Positions 1 through 10,444 of a stretch of DNA of 64,000 nt are shown here, piece by piece; within the stretch, counting starts at the first letter, position 1, and the number at the start of each line of letters is the position of its first letter. A program made the translations under genes and the position numbers. Below the pieces are notes generated by a model. That model did no database searches, had not been told where the DNA came from, and was given only the letters and a program-made list of their open reading frames with translations. The stretch is from Pseudolabrys sp. (GTDB lineage Bacteria > Pseudomonadota > Alphaproteobacteria > Rhizobiales > Xanthobacteraceae), in the NCBI GenBank assembly GCA_036519515.1, contig DATDLC010000138.1:3636-67635 (forward strand). The letters run 5' to 3'.

Positions 1-90
1 CCATGGTATAGACGGCCTTCTAGCAATCGGGCCGCCTACCGCGCCAGCTGCGCCCTAGCATGTGGCGCCCGGAGCCGTGCCCGCGACAGC

Positions 91-109
91 TGCTAGCTAT
101 GTGCTAGCT
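91..109. repeat. TGCTAGCT direct repeat pair next to the tRNA 3' end (possible integrase arm-type sites)
   Basis: TGCTAGCT at 91-98 and 102-109 (11-bp period), with further CTAGCA at about 20 and 55. Confidence 0.5.
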
Positions 110-158
110 TAGGCCCCGGACTTGCTGTGACCAAAACTCGCGAAGCTATTGAAATATT

Positions 159-233
<75 letters not shown>

Positions 234-327
234 ATCCGTTGGATATATGGCCGAGCGATGTCGGCCGCCAAGCCCGATCCTATAGCCAGAAGCGAAGGCC
301 CAATGCAACCATGGCAAAGGGCGCAAA

Positions 328-570
328 TCAATATCGGACCGCTCGTCTTTGCCGCACGCGGCCGTCTGGCGGGGGCCCCACCGAGCGCGGGTTCACGTTA
401 CAAAACCCGCGATTCCCGGCCAAAATGACAGGCTGGCAGACTTCGAACGAGTAATACTGACAGTCCTCGTAAACATTGCCGGTGCCGATATTGATGTTTG
501 CGCACCAGGGGCCCTCGGCGGCCCGCGTCGCGCGTGTATCAAAAGATAGGGCGGCAATGAGGAGTGCCAT
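328..570 (-). CDS. Small secreted Cys-containing protein, DUF3551-like
   Basis: Signal-like N-terminus followed by PWCA...DCQYYSFEVC...GFCNVNP. The ATG with the better RBS (583/586) is out of frame by 1 nt. Confidence 0.7.
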   Translation of the reverse strand: MALLIAALSFDTRATRAAEGPWCANINIGTGNVYEDCQYYSFEVCQPVILAGNRGFCNVNPRSVGPPPDGRVRQRRAVRY

Positions 571-645
571 GATCGATGCGCATCATTTTTACCTCTTCTG
601 TTCTCTGGGATACTAACACGCCGCCCGCCCGGAATATTGCCCGCA

Positions 646-1161
646 ATGCCAGTCACCACCGACCAGCTCTTTGCCGCACTCGATAGCCTCGGCATCAGGC
701 ATTCGACGGTGAAGCACCCTCCGTTGTTCACGGTTGAGCAGTCGCAGAGCCTGCGCGGGCAGATTCCCGGCGGTCATACCAAGAATCTGTTTTTGCGCGA
801 CAAGAAATACGCCATCTACCTCGTGGTCACATTGGAGGATGCCGATATCGACCTGAAGGGCCTGCACCGAAAGCTCGGCGCCAATGGACGGTTTTCATTC
901 GGCTCCGCGGATCTTATGCGCGAGGTGCTGGGCGTCGAGCCCGGATCGGTGACCCCGTTCGGCGCCATCAACGATACGCAAGGCCGCCTAACCGTCGTGC
1001 TGGACGCAGCGATGATGGACCATAAGACATTGAACTATCACCCGTTGGTGAACACCATGACGACGTCAATAGACCGCGACGATCTCGTAAAATTCCTCGA
1101 ATCCACCGGGCATATCCCTCGAATCGAACGCCTTTCGGGGCGCGCCTCGAACATGCCTTGA
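646..1161 (+). CDS. YbaK/ProX (PrdX-like) aminoacyl-tRNA editing domain protein
   Basis: HPPLFTVE, GHTKNLFLRDKK, LGVEPGSVTPFG and YHPLVNTMTT motifs. Confidence 0.9.
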   Translation: MPVTTDQLFAALDSLGIRHSTVKHPPLFTVEQSQSLRGQIPGGHTKNLFLRDKKYAIYLVVTLEDADIDLKGLHRKLGANGRFSFGSADLMREVLGVEPGSVTPFGAINDTQGRLTVVLDAAMMDHKTLNYHPLVNTMTTSIDRDDLVKFLESTGHIPRIERLSGRASNMP

Positions 1162-1164
1162 TGA

Positions 1165-1192
1165 TTGCATTAGCTTCCCGGATAACCCATCT
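1165..1192 (+). promoter_or_regulatory. Putative RpoH (sigma32) promoter of ybbN/cnoX
   Basis: TTG-N18-CCCATCT upstream of a chaperedoxin gene, resembling the alphaproteobacterial RpoH consensus. Confidence 0.5.
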
Positions 1193-1248
1193 AATGCGAC
1201 GGGAACTTTGGAATTGCGGCCGCTGATGGCCGGACAGGGCGAGACAAT

Positions 1249-2154
1249 ATGCTGCAAGACGGCGGAGCAGTAACGGCAACGGCAGCCGATGTGGTCAAGG
1301 ACACGACCACGCAGAGCTTCATGAAGGACGTGATCGAGGAATCCAGACATCAGCCGGTGCTGGTGGATTTCTGGGCGCCATGGTGCGGACCCTGCAAGCA
1401 GTTGACGCCGGTCCTGGAAAAGGCCGTCAAGGCTGCCAAAGGCAAGGTCAAACTGACCAAGATGAACATCGATGAGCATCCGGCCATCCCCGGCCAGATG
1501 GGTATCCAGTCGATTCCCGCAGTGATCGCGTTTTCCAATGGGCAACCAGTCGACGGCTTCATGGGCGCGTTGCCCGAGAGCCAGGTGGTCGCGTTTCTCG
1601 AGCGGATCACGAAAGGCGCGGTCGGCGCCGAGGAAAAGGATTTGCTGAAAACGGCCGATGCCACGCTCGCTGAAGGCGACGCCACCGGCGCCGCCGAAAT
1701 GTATGCGCAGCTCCTCGCCGAGGACGGCACCAACGTGCCGGCACTTGCCGGCCTTGCGCGCGCCTATGTCGCAACAGGCACGCTCGATCAGGCGAAGCAG
1801 ACGCTCACCCTCATTCCGGAAGCCAAGCGCAACGACGCGGCGGTCGCCGCTGCCCGCGCCGCACTCGAGATCGCCGATCAGGCGAAGTCGATCGGCCCCC
1901 TGGCAGATCTGGAAAAGAAAGTGCTGGCCGATCCGCTCGATCATCAGGCGCGCTTCGATCTCGCCGTCGCGCTCAATGCCAAAGGCAAGCGCGAAGACGC
2001 GGTCAAGCACCTGATCGATATCGTCAAGCGCGACCGCAAATGGAATGACGACGGCGCGCGCAAGCAACTGGTACAGTTCTTCGAAGCCTGGGGCGCAACC
2101 GACCCGGCGACCGTAGAAGGACGCAAACGTCTGTCTTCGATTTTGTTTTCGTGA
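1249..2154 (+). CDS. ybbN: Thioredoxin-TPR chaperedoxin (YbbN/CnoX family)
   Basis: WAPWCGPC thioredoxin domain followed by a TPR-like helical region ending GRKRLSSILFS. Confidence 0.92.
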   Translation: MLQDGGAVTATAADVVKDTTTQSFMKDVIEESRHQPVLVDFWAPWCGPCKQLTPVLEKAVKAAKGKVKLTKMNIDEHPAIPGQMGIQSIPAVIAFSNGQPVDGFMGALPESQVVAFLERITKGAVGAEEKDLLKTADATLAEGDATGAAEMYAQLLAEDGTNVPALAGLARAYVATGTLDQAKQTLTLIPEAKRNDAAVAAARAALEIADQAKSIGPLADLEKKVLADPLDHQARFDLAVALNAKGKREDAVKHLIDIVKRDRKWNDDGARKQLVQFFEAWGATDPATVEGRKRLSSILFS

Positions 2155-2199
2155 GCTTCGCGCCACGGCAACCGTACCCCGTGGCGGAATGAAACGAAG

Positions 2200-2874
2200 A
2201 TGCCGATGAACGCTCAGTATCGCGGGCCGATCGAAATGCCGGGAGTCATCCCGGTTTTTCCGCTGCCGGGCGCGTTGCTTTTGCCGCGCGGACAGATGCC
2301 GCTCAATATTTTCGAGCCGCGTTACATCGCGATGATTGACGACGCGCTACGTGACGGCCACCGGCTGATCGGCATGATCCAGCCCGACGTCGCGCACACC
2401 GGGTCGACCGACAAGCCGACACTGTACAAGATCGGCTGCGCGGGACGCATCACGCAGCTCGCCGAAAGCGGCGATGGCCGCTATCTGATCGAACTCACCG
2501 GGGTTGCGCGGTTCCGCATCGAAGAGGAACTGAAGGTTGCAACGCCGTATCGGCAATGCCGCGTCACGTACGCCCCGTTCGCCGGCGATTTCACGGCGCG
2601 CAAGGGCGAGAACGCCGTCGACCGCGCGGCCTTGCTTGCGGCTCTCACCGATTTTCTGAAGGCCAATGATCTGAGGGCCGATTGGGAAGGCATCGAAAAG
2701 GCGCCGAACGAGGCCCTGGTGAACGCGCTCTCGATGATGTCGCCCTACGGCACCGCCGAGAAGCAGGCGCTTCTGGAGGCACCGGACCTGAAAACCCGCG
2801 CCGAGATCCTCATTGCCATTACCGAGATCGAACTCGCGAAAAAAAATACCGAGGGCGAGCCGCAATTGCAGTAG
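2200..2874 (+). CDS. Lon protease substrate-binding (LON_N) domain protein
   Basis: PVFPLPGALLLPRGQMPLNIFEPRY motif; usual position after ybbN. Confidence 0.9.
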   Translation: MPMNAQYRGPIEMPGVIPVFPLPGALLLPRGQMPLNIFEPRYIAMIDDALRDGHRLIGMIQPDVAHTGSTDKPTLYKIGCAGRITQLAESGDGRYLIELTGVARFRIEEELKVATPYRQCRVTYAPFAGDFTARKGENAVDRAALLAALTDFLKANDLRADWEGIEKAPNEALVNALSMMSPYGTAEKQALLEAPDLKTRAEILIAITEIELAKKNTEGEPQLQ

Positions 2875-2946
2875 CGGCAAGGCGCGCGTGGGATGACGGC
2901 CGGTCGAACGCCTGCAACCTTCAGCAATACGGGAGCCTTTTCTTTC

Positions 2947-3034
2947 GTCATGCTTGGCCTTGTGCCGGGCATCCACGTCTTCGATAGTCTCATGGAGTAA
3001 AACCGTGGATGGCAGGGACAAGCCCGGCCATGAC
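2947..3034. repeat. Intergenic palindromic REP/RIME-like element
   Basis: Imperfect inverted arms GTCATGCTTGGCCTTGTGCCGGGCATCCACG ... CGTGGATGGCAGGGACAAGCCCGGCCATGAC. Related copies at about 3116-3150, 3388-3465 and 16705-16783. Confidence 0.8.
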
Positions 3035-3163
3035 GGACTTCTGCGGCTGGGCGCTTTCGATAATCGATAGAATTTGCGCAACTCTGGCCTGCCCGATTAT
3101 TCTATGGACGTATCGAAGACGTGAATGCCCGGCACGAGGCCGGCACGACGAATGAGAGGCCCT

Positions 3164-3367
3164 ATGTCCACCGTCCCGCCTACCGAACGGCCACCGGATA
3201 GCGTCGATCCGAAACTCCTGGAAATTCTCGTCTGCCCGCTGACCAAGGGCCCGCTCGAATACGACACCGAGCGACAGGAACTGATCTCGCGCAAGGCCAA
3301 GCTCGCCTATCCGATACGCGACGGCATACCGATCATGTTGCCGGAGGAAGCGCGCCGGCTCGAGTGA
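3164..3367 (+). CDS. Trm112 family protein (UPF0434)
   Basis: [17 protein letters not shown]...[12 protein letters not shown] motif; GAGAGG RBS. Confidence 0.92.
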   Translation: MSTVPPTERPPDSVDPKLLEILVCPLTKGPLEYDTERQELISRKAKLAYPIRDGIPIMLPEEARRLE

Positions 3368-3514
3368 CGTTAGATGATAGTTTTGGACGTCATTCGCCGG
3401 TTTCGTCCCGGCGATGACTTTTAGCGGGCACGGTGTTTCCCCGACAGATGAACGGGACAAGTCCGCCCCCGGCAGGGTAAGAGACCGGCGAAACGCGACA
3501 GGGAGAGAAATGCA

Positions 3515-4144
3515 ATGATCAAAATCTGGGGCCGCAATTCATCGTCCAACGTGCAGAAGGCGATGTGGGCCGTCGGCGAACTCAAGCTCGACCATCAGCG
3601 CATCGATATCGGCGGTGCGTTCGGGAAAAACAAGGAGCCGGCCTACCTGGCGATGAATCCGAATGGTCTCGTCCCCACCCTCGAGGAAGAAGACGGCTTT
3701 CTGCTTTGGGAATCGAATTCGATCGTGCGTTATCTCGCGAGCAAGTACGACAAGAGCGGCGCGCTCGAACCCAAAGATGCAAAGCAGCGCGCGCTTGCGA
3801 GCCAATGGATGGACTGGCAGTTATCGGTGCTGGGACCCGCGATCGGCCCGGCATTCTGGGGATTGATCCGCACTCCGGCTGAAAAACGCGACATGACCGC
3901 GATCAAGACTTCGCAGGAGAAAACAACCGTCGCGATGAAAATGCTCGATGCGCAACTGGGAAAAACCGAATACGTCGCGGGGCCCGCTTTCTCCTACGGT
4001 GACATCCCCGTCGGGATCATTTGCTACCGCTTCGTGCAACTCGTGCCGCAGCGCCCATCGATGCCTAATCTCGAGCGTTGGTACGGTTCGATTTCCAAAC
4101 GCCAGGCATTCCAGGATTCCGTCGGCAGCATTCCGTTGACATGA
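3515..4144 (+). CDS. Glutathione S-transferase family protein
   Basis: IWGRNSSSNVQK, NPNGLVPTL and LWESNSIVRYL motifs. Confidence 0.92.
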   Translation: MIKIWGRNSSSNVQKAMWAVGELKLDHQRIDIGGAFGKNKEPAYLAMNPNGLVPTLEEEDGFLLWESNSIVRYLASKYDKSGALEPKDAKQRALASQWMDWQLSVLGPAIGPAFWGLIRTPAEKRDMTAIKTSQEKTTVAMKMLDAQLGKTEYVAGPAFSYGDIPVGIICYRFVQLVPQRPSMPNLERWYGSISKRQAFQDSVGSIPLT

Positions 4145-4273
4145 CGTATCCCTCGCGCGATCCGGCAGTACTGTCCCGATGACCGCGGCTCTCGCTGATC
4201 GGCCTTGGATCGCCTGGTCCCTGGTCGTCGCGGGCTTGGCGTTATGCCTCATCGATACGATAAAACTCCTGTC

Positions 4274-4972
4274 ATGAGCGACGCAGCAAAACCAGGACGG
4301 TGTCTCGGCCTGATCGGCGGTCTCGGCCCCGGCGCCACCGTTCATTATTATCGCGAGCTGATTGCCGGTCACGAAAGGCAGGGACGCGTCCCGCGCCTGC
4401 TGATGGCGCACGCCGACATTTATCGCGTCTATGCTTTGGTCATCGCAAAGGATTTCGACGGCCTCGCGCGGTATCTCGCCGGATTGACCGGCGACATGGC
4501 CGCGGGCGGCGCAGCGTTTAGTGCTATCGTCGCGGCGACACCCCACATCTGCGCGGCGCAGCTTGAGGCAATCTCTCCATTGCCGCTGATCAATATGCTC
4601 ACCGAAGTGCGTGCGGCCGTAAATGCACGCGGCTTGAAGCGGGTCGCGTTGCTCGGCACGCGCTTCACCATCGAAACGGGTATGTTCGGCTCTCTCGAAG
4701 GCATCGAAACGGTTATGCCTCAGCCTCGCGAAATCGACCGCATCCAGGATATCTACAAGGACTTTGTCGAAGGCCGCGGCTCGGATGCGCAAGCGGATGA
4801 GTTGCGCGCATTCGCGCGCACGTTCGTACGGCGTGATGGCGCTCAATCGGTATTGATCGCGGGCACCGATCTTTCGACGGTTTTCACCGAAAGCAATGCC
4901 GGCTTTCCGATGCTCGACTGCGCGCGCATCCATATCGATGCGATCGTCCGGCGATTGCTCGACGAAAACTGA
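4274..4972 (+). CDS. Aspartate/glutamate racemase family protein (atypical)
   Basis: LGLIGGLGPGATVHYY and RVALLGTRFT motifs. The catalytic motifs read AATPH and AGTDL. Confidence 0.8.
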   Translation: MSDAAKPGRCLGLIGGLGPGATVHYYRELIAGHERQGRVPRLLMAHADIYRVYALVIAKDFDGLARYLAGLTGDMAAGGAAFSAIVAATPHICAAQLEAISPLPLINMLTEVRAAVNARGLKRVALLGTRFTIETGMFGSLEGIETVMPQPREIDRIQDIYKDFVEGRGSDAQADELRAFARTFVRRDGAQSVLIAGTDLSTVFTESNAGFPMLDCARIHIDAIVRRLLDEN

Positions 4973-4980
4973 AGCAAGTT

Positions 4981-6219
4981 CTACAGCACCTCGCCCTTCA
5001 GCAATTTCGGTACATCGCCGGTGAACCCGGCTGCCTCGCGAATGAACATGCGTTTAAGCACGGGCATGCGCTCAACCAGACCCAGGCCGACATCGCGCAC
5101 GAGCCGCAACGCATCGGAGTGATTTGAAAAGAGCCGGTTCAGCCCGTCGGTGGCGACGCCCATCATCATCGTGTCGAAGCGCCGCCAACGCTGATATCGC
5201 TCGAGCACATCCGTTCCGCCGGGATCGAGCCCGAGCCGCGCGGTATCGGCGATTGCTTCTGCCAGCGCCGCCACGTCGCGCAGCCCCATATTGAGACCTT
5301 GTCCGGCGATGGGGTGAATGATGTGCGCGGCATCCCCGACGAGCGCCAGCCTTTCGCCGATGAATGTGCGCGCGGTAAACAAGCCGAGCGGAAATGCACG
5401 GCGTGGTCCAGCGACTGTCAACTCGCCGAGCCGCAATCCGAAGCGCTTTTCGAGCTCGGCATGAAATTCGGCATCGGGCAGGTCGACGATTCGTTTGGCC
5501 TCGCGCGCATTTTCCGTCCACACGATCGAGCAGCGTTTGCCGGTCAGCGGCAGGATCGCGAAAGGTCCGGCAGGCAGGAAATGTTCTTCCGCGCGGCCAC
5601 CGTGCTCGCGCTCGTGCGCGACCGTCGTCACAATCGCCGCCTGGTCGTAATTCCAGCCGTAATTGGCAATGCCTGCCTGCTCGCGGATCAGGGAATGCGC
5701 GCCGTCGGCGCCGACCAAAAGGCGCGCGGAAATCGACCCGCCATCGGCTAGTTGGACCTCCGTGGAATTATCGCCTGATTCAAAACCTTTGACTGCGCCG
5801 GCGCGCAAATCGACGCCGAGCTCTTTTGCCTTTGCCACCAAAGCATCCACCAGATGCCGGTTTTCGATCATGTGCGCGAATGGCTCGCCCTCCTCCACCT
5901 CGCCGCCGAAGGCCAGAAATGTGGGGCGCACTGCATCGTCGAGTTTTGAGTCGGTCACCACCATGTCGAGGATGGGCTGCGCGTTGGCCGCGACCGCATC
6001 CCAGACCTCAATCGCTTCAAACAGACGTCGTGCCGCGGCGGCGATTGCCGAGGCACGCGGGTCCTTCGACTGAACGTGCGCCAGCGCGGGATCGACTACA
6101 GTGACCGCAAATGGATCGCCGAGTCCCTGGCGCAACGCGATTGCGAGCGCAAGGCCGGCGAAACCGGCACCACCAACGACCACCTCGGCGCGCGCATCTG
6201 CAGGACCGGCCATAGTCAT
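4981..6219 (-). CDS. FAD-dependent ubiquinone biosynthesis hydroxylase (UbiH/UbiL family)
   Basis: GGAGFAG, LVGADG and GDAAHIIHPIAGQGLNMG motifs. Confidence 0.9.
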   Translation of the reverse strand: MTMAGPADARAEVVVGGAGFAGLALAIALRQGLGDPFAVTVVDPALAHVQSKDPRASAIAAAARRLFEAIEVWDAVAANAQPILDMVVTDSKLDDAVRPTFLAFGGEVEEGEPFAHMIENRHLVDALVAKAKELGVDLRAGAVKGFESGDNSTEVQLADGGSISARLLVGADGAHSLIREQAGIANYGWNYDQAAIVTTVAHEREHGGRAEEHFLPAGPFAILPLTGKRCSIVWTENAREAKRIVDLPDAEFHAELEKRFGLRLGELTVAGPRRAFPLGLFTARTFIGERLALVGDAAHIIHPIAGQGLNMGLRDVAALAEAIADTARLGLDPGGTDVLERYQRWRRFDTMMMGVATDGLNRLFSNHSDALRLVRDVGLGLVERMPVLKRMFIREAAGFTGDVPKLLKGEVL

Positions 6220-6288
6220 TCACATTCCTTGTAAATCTCGCCGCAGCATAGCAGGTTGGGGCAGATTTTGACCTATCCGGGTTTGTTC

Positions 6289-7152
6289 ATGTCCTCCGCC
6301 GTCAAGGATCTTCTCGACATTCTCGATCTCGAACCGCTGGAAGTGAACCTTTTCCGCGGCCGCTCGCCGCAGGTCGGCTGGCAACGCGTGTTCGGGGGGC
6401 AAGTCATCGGCCAGGCACTTGTGGCTGCCGTGCGGACCGTCGAAGTCCGGCCGCCGCATTCGCTGCATGCCTACTTTCTCCTGCCGGGCGACCCCAAAGT
6501 TCCGATCATTTACGACGTCGATCGCATCCGCGACGGCAAGAGCTTCACCACGCGACGCGTTACCGCGCGACAGCACGGTCATCCGATCTTCTCGATGTTG
6601 GTGTCATTTCATACGGATGAGCCGGGCCTCGACCACCAGGCGAAGATGCCGGACGTGCCGCCGCCAGAGAAGCTTCCAAGCGATACCGATATGCGCGAGA
6701 AGCTGTTGCCGATGATGCCCGATCCGGTGCGACGCTATTATGAGCGCGAGCGCCCGATTGAATTGCGGCCCGTCGAGTTCGAGCGCTATCTCGGCAAGAA
6801 GATTCCCGGAGGACAATTCAATGTCTGGATCCGCACCACCGGCAAGCTGCCGGATCTTCCCGCCATCCACCAAAGCGTGTTGGCCTATGCGTCGGACATG
6901 ATGCTACTCGATACGGCGCTCGCGCCGCACGGCCGCACGCTGTTCGAAAATGAATTCATGGCCGCCAGCCTCGATCACGCGCTGTGGTTCCACCGGCCGT
7001 TCCGTGCCGACGACTGGCTGCTTTACGCGCAGGATTCCCCGAATTTGCACGGCTCGCGCGGCTACGCGCGCGGACTTATATTCACGCGTGATGGAATGCT
7101 CGTCGCCTCGGTGGCGCAGGAAGGCCTAGTACGCCAGCGGCGGGAAACCTGA
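6289..7152 (+). CDS. tesB: Acyl-CoA thioesterase II
   Basis: RVFGGQVIGQAL, HSLHAYF, ASLDHALWFH and SVAQEG motifs. Confidence 0.95.
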   Translation: MSSAVKDLLDILDLEPLEVNLFRGRSPQVGWQRVFGGQVIGQALVAAVRTVEVRPPHSLHAYFLLPGDPKVPIIYDVDRIRDGKSFTTRRVTARQHGHPIFSMLVSFHTDEPGLDHQAKMPDVPPPEKLPSDTDMREKLLPMMPDPVRRYYERERPIELRPVEFERYLGKKIPGGQFNVWIRTTGKLPDLPAIHQSVLAYASDMMLLDTALAPHGRTLFENEFMAASLDHALWFHRPFRADDWLLYAQDSPNLHGSRGYARGLIFTRDGMLVASVAQEGLVRQRRET

Positions 7153-7161
7153 TTTTACACA

Positions 7162-7950
7162 ATGAAGTATTTGTTGGCGGGCTGCTTTGTTCTTATGTCA
7201 TTCGTAACCGCCGCGTTTGGCGCATCGGGCAGGCAACACGCCCCGCCCGGTTCGTTCGATGGTGCGCCGGCGCAGTACACGCACTTTACGGCCGCCGAGC
7301 TCTCCAGGGGTTTTATCGCGCTGGCGTTCGGATCCGACCTGCGCATCGGCGCGCGTCCGCTCGGTATTCGCCGCTTCGACCGTCCGATACGCGCGCGCGT
7401 CATCGGCGGAGGTAGCGTCGATCGCACGATCGCAATGTCGCGCATCATCGAAGAATATGCGCGCGAAGTTCCCGCCCTGGGCTTGAGCTTTACGTCATCG
7501 GCGGCTGCCCCTGACATCGAACTGCGTCTGATCGACGAGAAGGATTTTCAGTCCGCGCTGCAGGAGGCCTTTGGCGCAAGAGTGGCCAGAGACTTTGTCA
7601 GCCGCACCGACCCGCAGTGTATGACGAGCGTCAAATCGACTGCCGACGGAAAAATCGTGCACTCGGTTTCTTTTATCATTGTCGACAGGGGCGAGGACGT
7701 ATTCCTCGACTGCGCGTATCACGAGTTGCTGCACGCATTGGGGCTTTCGAACCACGATCAGCACAACCAGTGGACCACCCTCAACCAGAGGCGAATGGTC
7801 GGTTACCTCACCGTCTACGACCGCTCGCTGCTCACCCTGCTTTACGACCCGCGCCTCAAGCCTGGAATGACCGTCCGTCAGGTTCGGAGCGTCTTACCCC
7901 AGGCCATTACCGACCATGGCCTCGCCGCGTCGGGTCGGGGCAGTCAATAA
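7162..7950 (+). CDS. Exported DUF2927-like protein with HExxH motif
   Basis: Signal peptide and CAYHELLHALGLSNHD motif. Confidence 0.7.
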   Translation: MKYLLAGCFVLMSFVTAAFGASGRQHAPPGSFDGAPAQYTHFTAAELSRGFIALAFGSDLRIGARPLGIRRFDRPIRARVIGGGSVDRTIAMSRIIEEYAREVPALGLSFTSSAAAPDIELRLIDEKDFQSALQEAFGARVARDFVSRTDPQCMTSVKSTADGKIVHSVSFIIVDRGEDVFLDCAYHELLHALGLSNHDQHNQWTTLNQRRMVGYLTVYDRSLLTLLYDPRLKPGMTVRQVRSVLPQAITDHGLAASGRGSQ

Positions 7951-8005
7951 GTCAGCACCACTGAATTCGGCGACTGCCTGTGGGTAGAGCAACAACCCCG
8001 CTTAA

Positions 8006-8468
<463 letters not shown>

Positions 8469-8499
8469 CAAAATACAAATTGCAAATTGGGGAGATGAC

Positions 8500-9813
8500 A
8501 TGACACGCGCATTCCTGCGCCTTGCTCCGACCACCGCTGCCGCGGCACTCCTTGCTTCGCCCGCATTCGCGCAGGGCGCGAAGATCGACGGCGCCGACAC
8601 CGCCTGGATGATCAGCGCGACCGGCCTCGTGCTGATGATGACCATCCCGGGCCTCGCATTGTTCTACGCCGGCATGGTGCGCAAGAAAAACGTGCTCGCA
8701 ACGATGGCGCAGAGCCTGACCGCCACGTTTTTGGTGTCCATCCTGTGGGCGCTCATCGGTTACAGCCTGGCATTCACCGGCGACGGCGCGTTCATCGGCA
8801 CGCTGGACCGGATTTTTTTGAACGGAATGTCGATGGATGAGATATCGCCGCTGGCGAAGACGATCCCCGAAAGCCTGTTCATGATCTCTCAGATGACATT
8901 CGCCATCATCACGGTGGCGCTGGTCGCGGGCTCGGTCGCCGATCGTCTGCGTTTCTCGGCCTTCCTGTTGTTCTGCGCGTTCTGGCTGCTGCTCGTCTAT
9001 GTGCCGATCGCGCACTGGGTGTGGGGCGGCGGCTTCCTCGGCACCTATGGCCTGATCGATTTTGCCGGCGGCACGGTGGTGCATCTGAACGCCGGTGTCG
9101 CCGGGCTCGTTGCGGCCTACGTGCTTGGTTCGCGGCGCGGTTACGGCAGCGACAACTTGGCGCCGTACGATCTCACGCTGGCAGTGATCGGCACCGGGCT
9201 CCTGTGGGTCGGCTGGTTCGGATTCAATGGCGGGTCGGCATTAGGCGCAAACTCGCGCGCAGCGATGGCGATTGTCTCTACGCATCTCGCCGCAAGCGCG
9301 GGCGCCTTCACCTGGATGGCGTTGGAATGGTGGACGCGCGGCAAACCGTCCGTCCTTGGAATGATCTCCGGCGCGGTCGCCGGACTTGGAACGATCACGC
9401 CTGCGTCGGGTTTCGTGTTGCCGATGCAAGGTCTTCTGATTGGAATTATTGCCGGGGCGGTGTGCTTCTGGGCCTGCACCTGGCTGAAGCTCAAAGTCGG
9501 CTATGACGACTCGCTCGACGTATTCGGGGTGCATGGGGTCGGCGGATTTACCGGCACCCTGCTCGCAGGCGTGTTTGCCGTCGGCGCACTCTCGGCCAGC
9601 CCGGAAGTGCCGGGCGGATTCCACGGCCTGCTCGAAGGCAATCCGCAACAGGTGGTCGCGCAGCTCTTCGGCATTGGGGTCACGCTGCTGTGGTCGGGTG
9701 TGGTGACCTTCATCATCCTGAAAGTCATCGACGCGCTAGTGAAGTTGCGCGTGCGCCAGGAGGATGAGGTCATGGGTCTCGACGTCACCCTGCACGGCGA
9801 AGCCCTGCAATAG
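8500..9813 (+). CDS. amtB: Ammonium transporter (first copy)
   Basis: DFAGGTVVH, GWFGFNGGS and DDSLDVFGVHG motifs. Confidence 0.95.
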   Translation: MTRAFLRLAPTTAAAALLASPAFAQGAKIDGADTAWMISATGLVLMMTIPGLALFYAGMVRKKNVLATMAQSLTATFLVSILWALIGYSLAFTGDGAFIGTLDRIFLNGMSMDEISPLAKTIPESLFMISQMTFAIITVALVAGSVADRLRFSAFLLFCAFWLLLVYVPIAHWVWGGGFLGTYGLIDFAGGTVVHLNAGVAGLVAAYVLGSRRGYGSDNLAPYDLTLAVIGTGLLWVGWFGFNGGSALGANSRAAMAIVSTHLAASAGAFTWMALEWWTRGKPSVLGMISGAVAGLGTITPASGFVLPMQGLLIGIIAGAVCFWACTWLKLKVGYDDSLDVFGVHGVGGFTGTLLAGVFAVGALSASPEVPGGFHGLLEGNPQQVVAQLFGIGVTLLWSGVVTFIILKVIDALVKLRVRQEDEVMGLDVTLHGEALQ

Positions 9814-9948
9814 CGCTGACTATTTTTTGAGCAGCCCCGGTTGCCATTGGCGCGTCTTTAAGCGCGGGCATTTGGTCACGCTTGGCCCGGTCGGACGACC
9901 TACGGGTTTTACCTGTTGAATCAGCGCTCTATGCGCGCCGTCGGTATT

Positions 9949-9963
9949 TGGCACGGCGTTTGA
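9949..9963 (+). promoter_or_regulatory. Putative sigma54 promoter of glnK2-amtB2
   Basis: TGGCAC-N5-TTGA (variant -12 element) about 105 bp upstream of glnK. An NtrC-like TGACTATTTTTTGAGCA lies at about 9817. Confidence 0.6.
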
Positions 9964-10035
9964 TTCTATCCCTGCGGCCATGCCTGCGAAGCGATCTTCG
10001 GGGGCAAGGCTCAGTGAACTGCCCGCACTGTGTGA

Positions 10036-10407
<372 letters not shown>

Positions 10408-10444
10408 TACCCGCACCGCAAACAATACGGACAGGAGTAAGACC

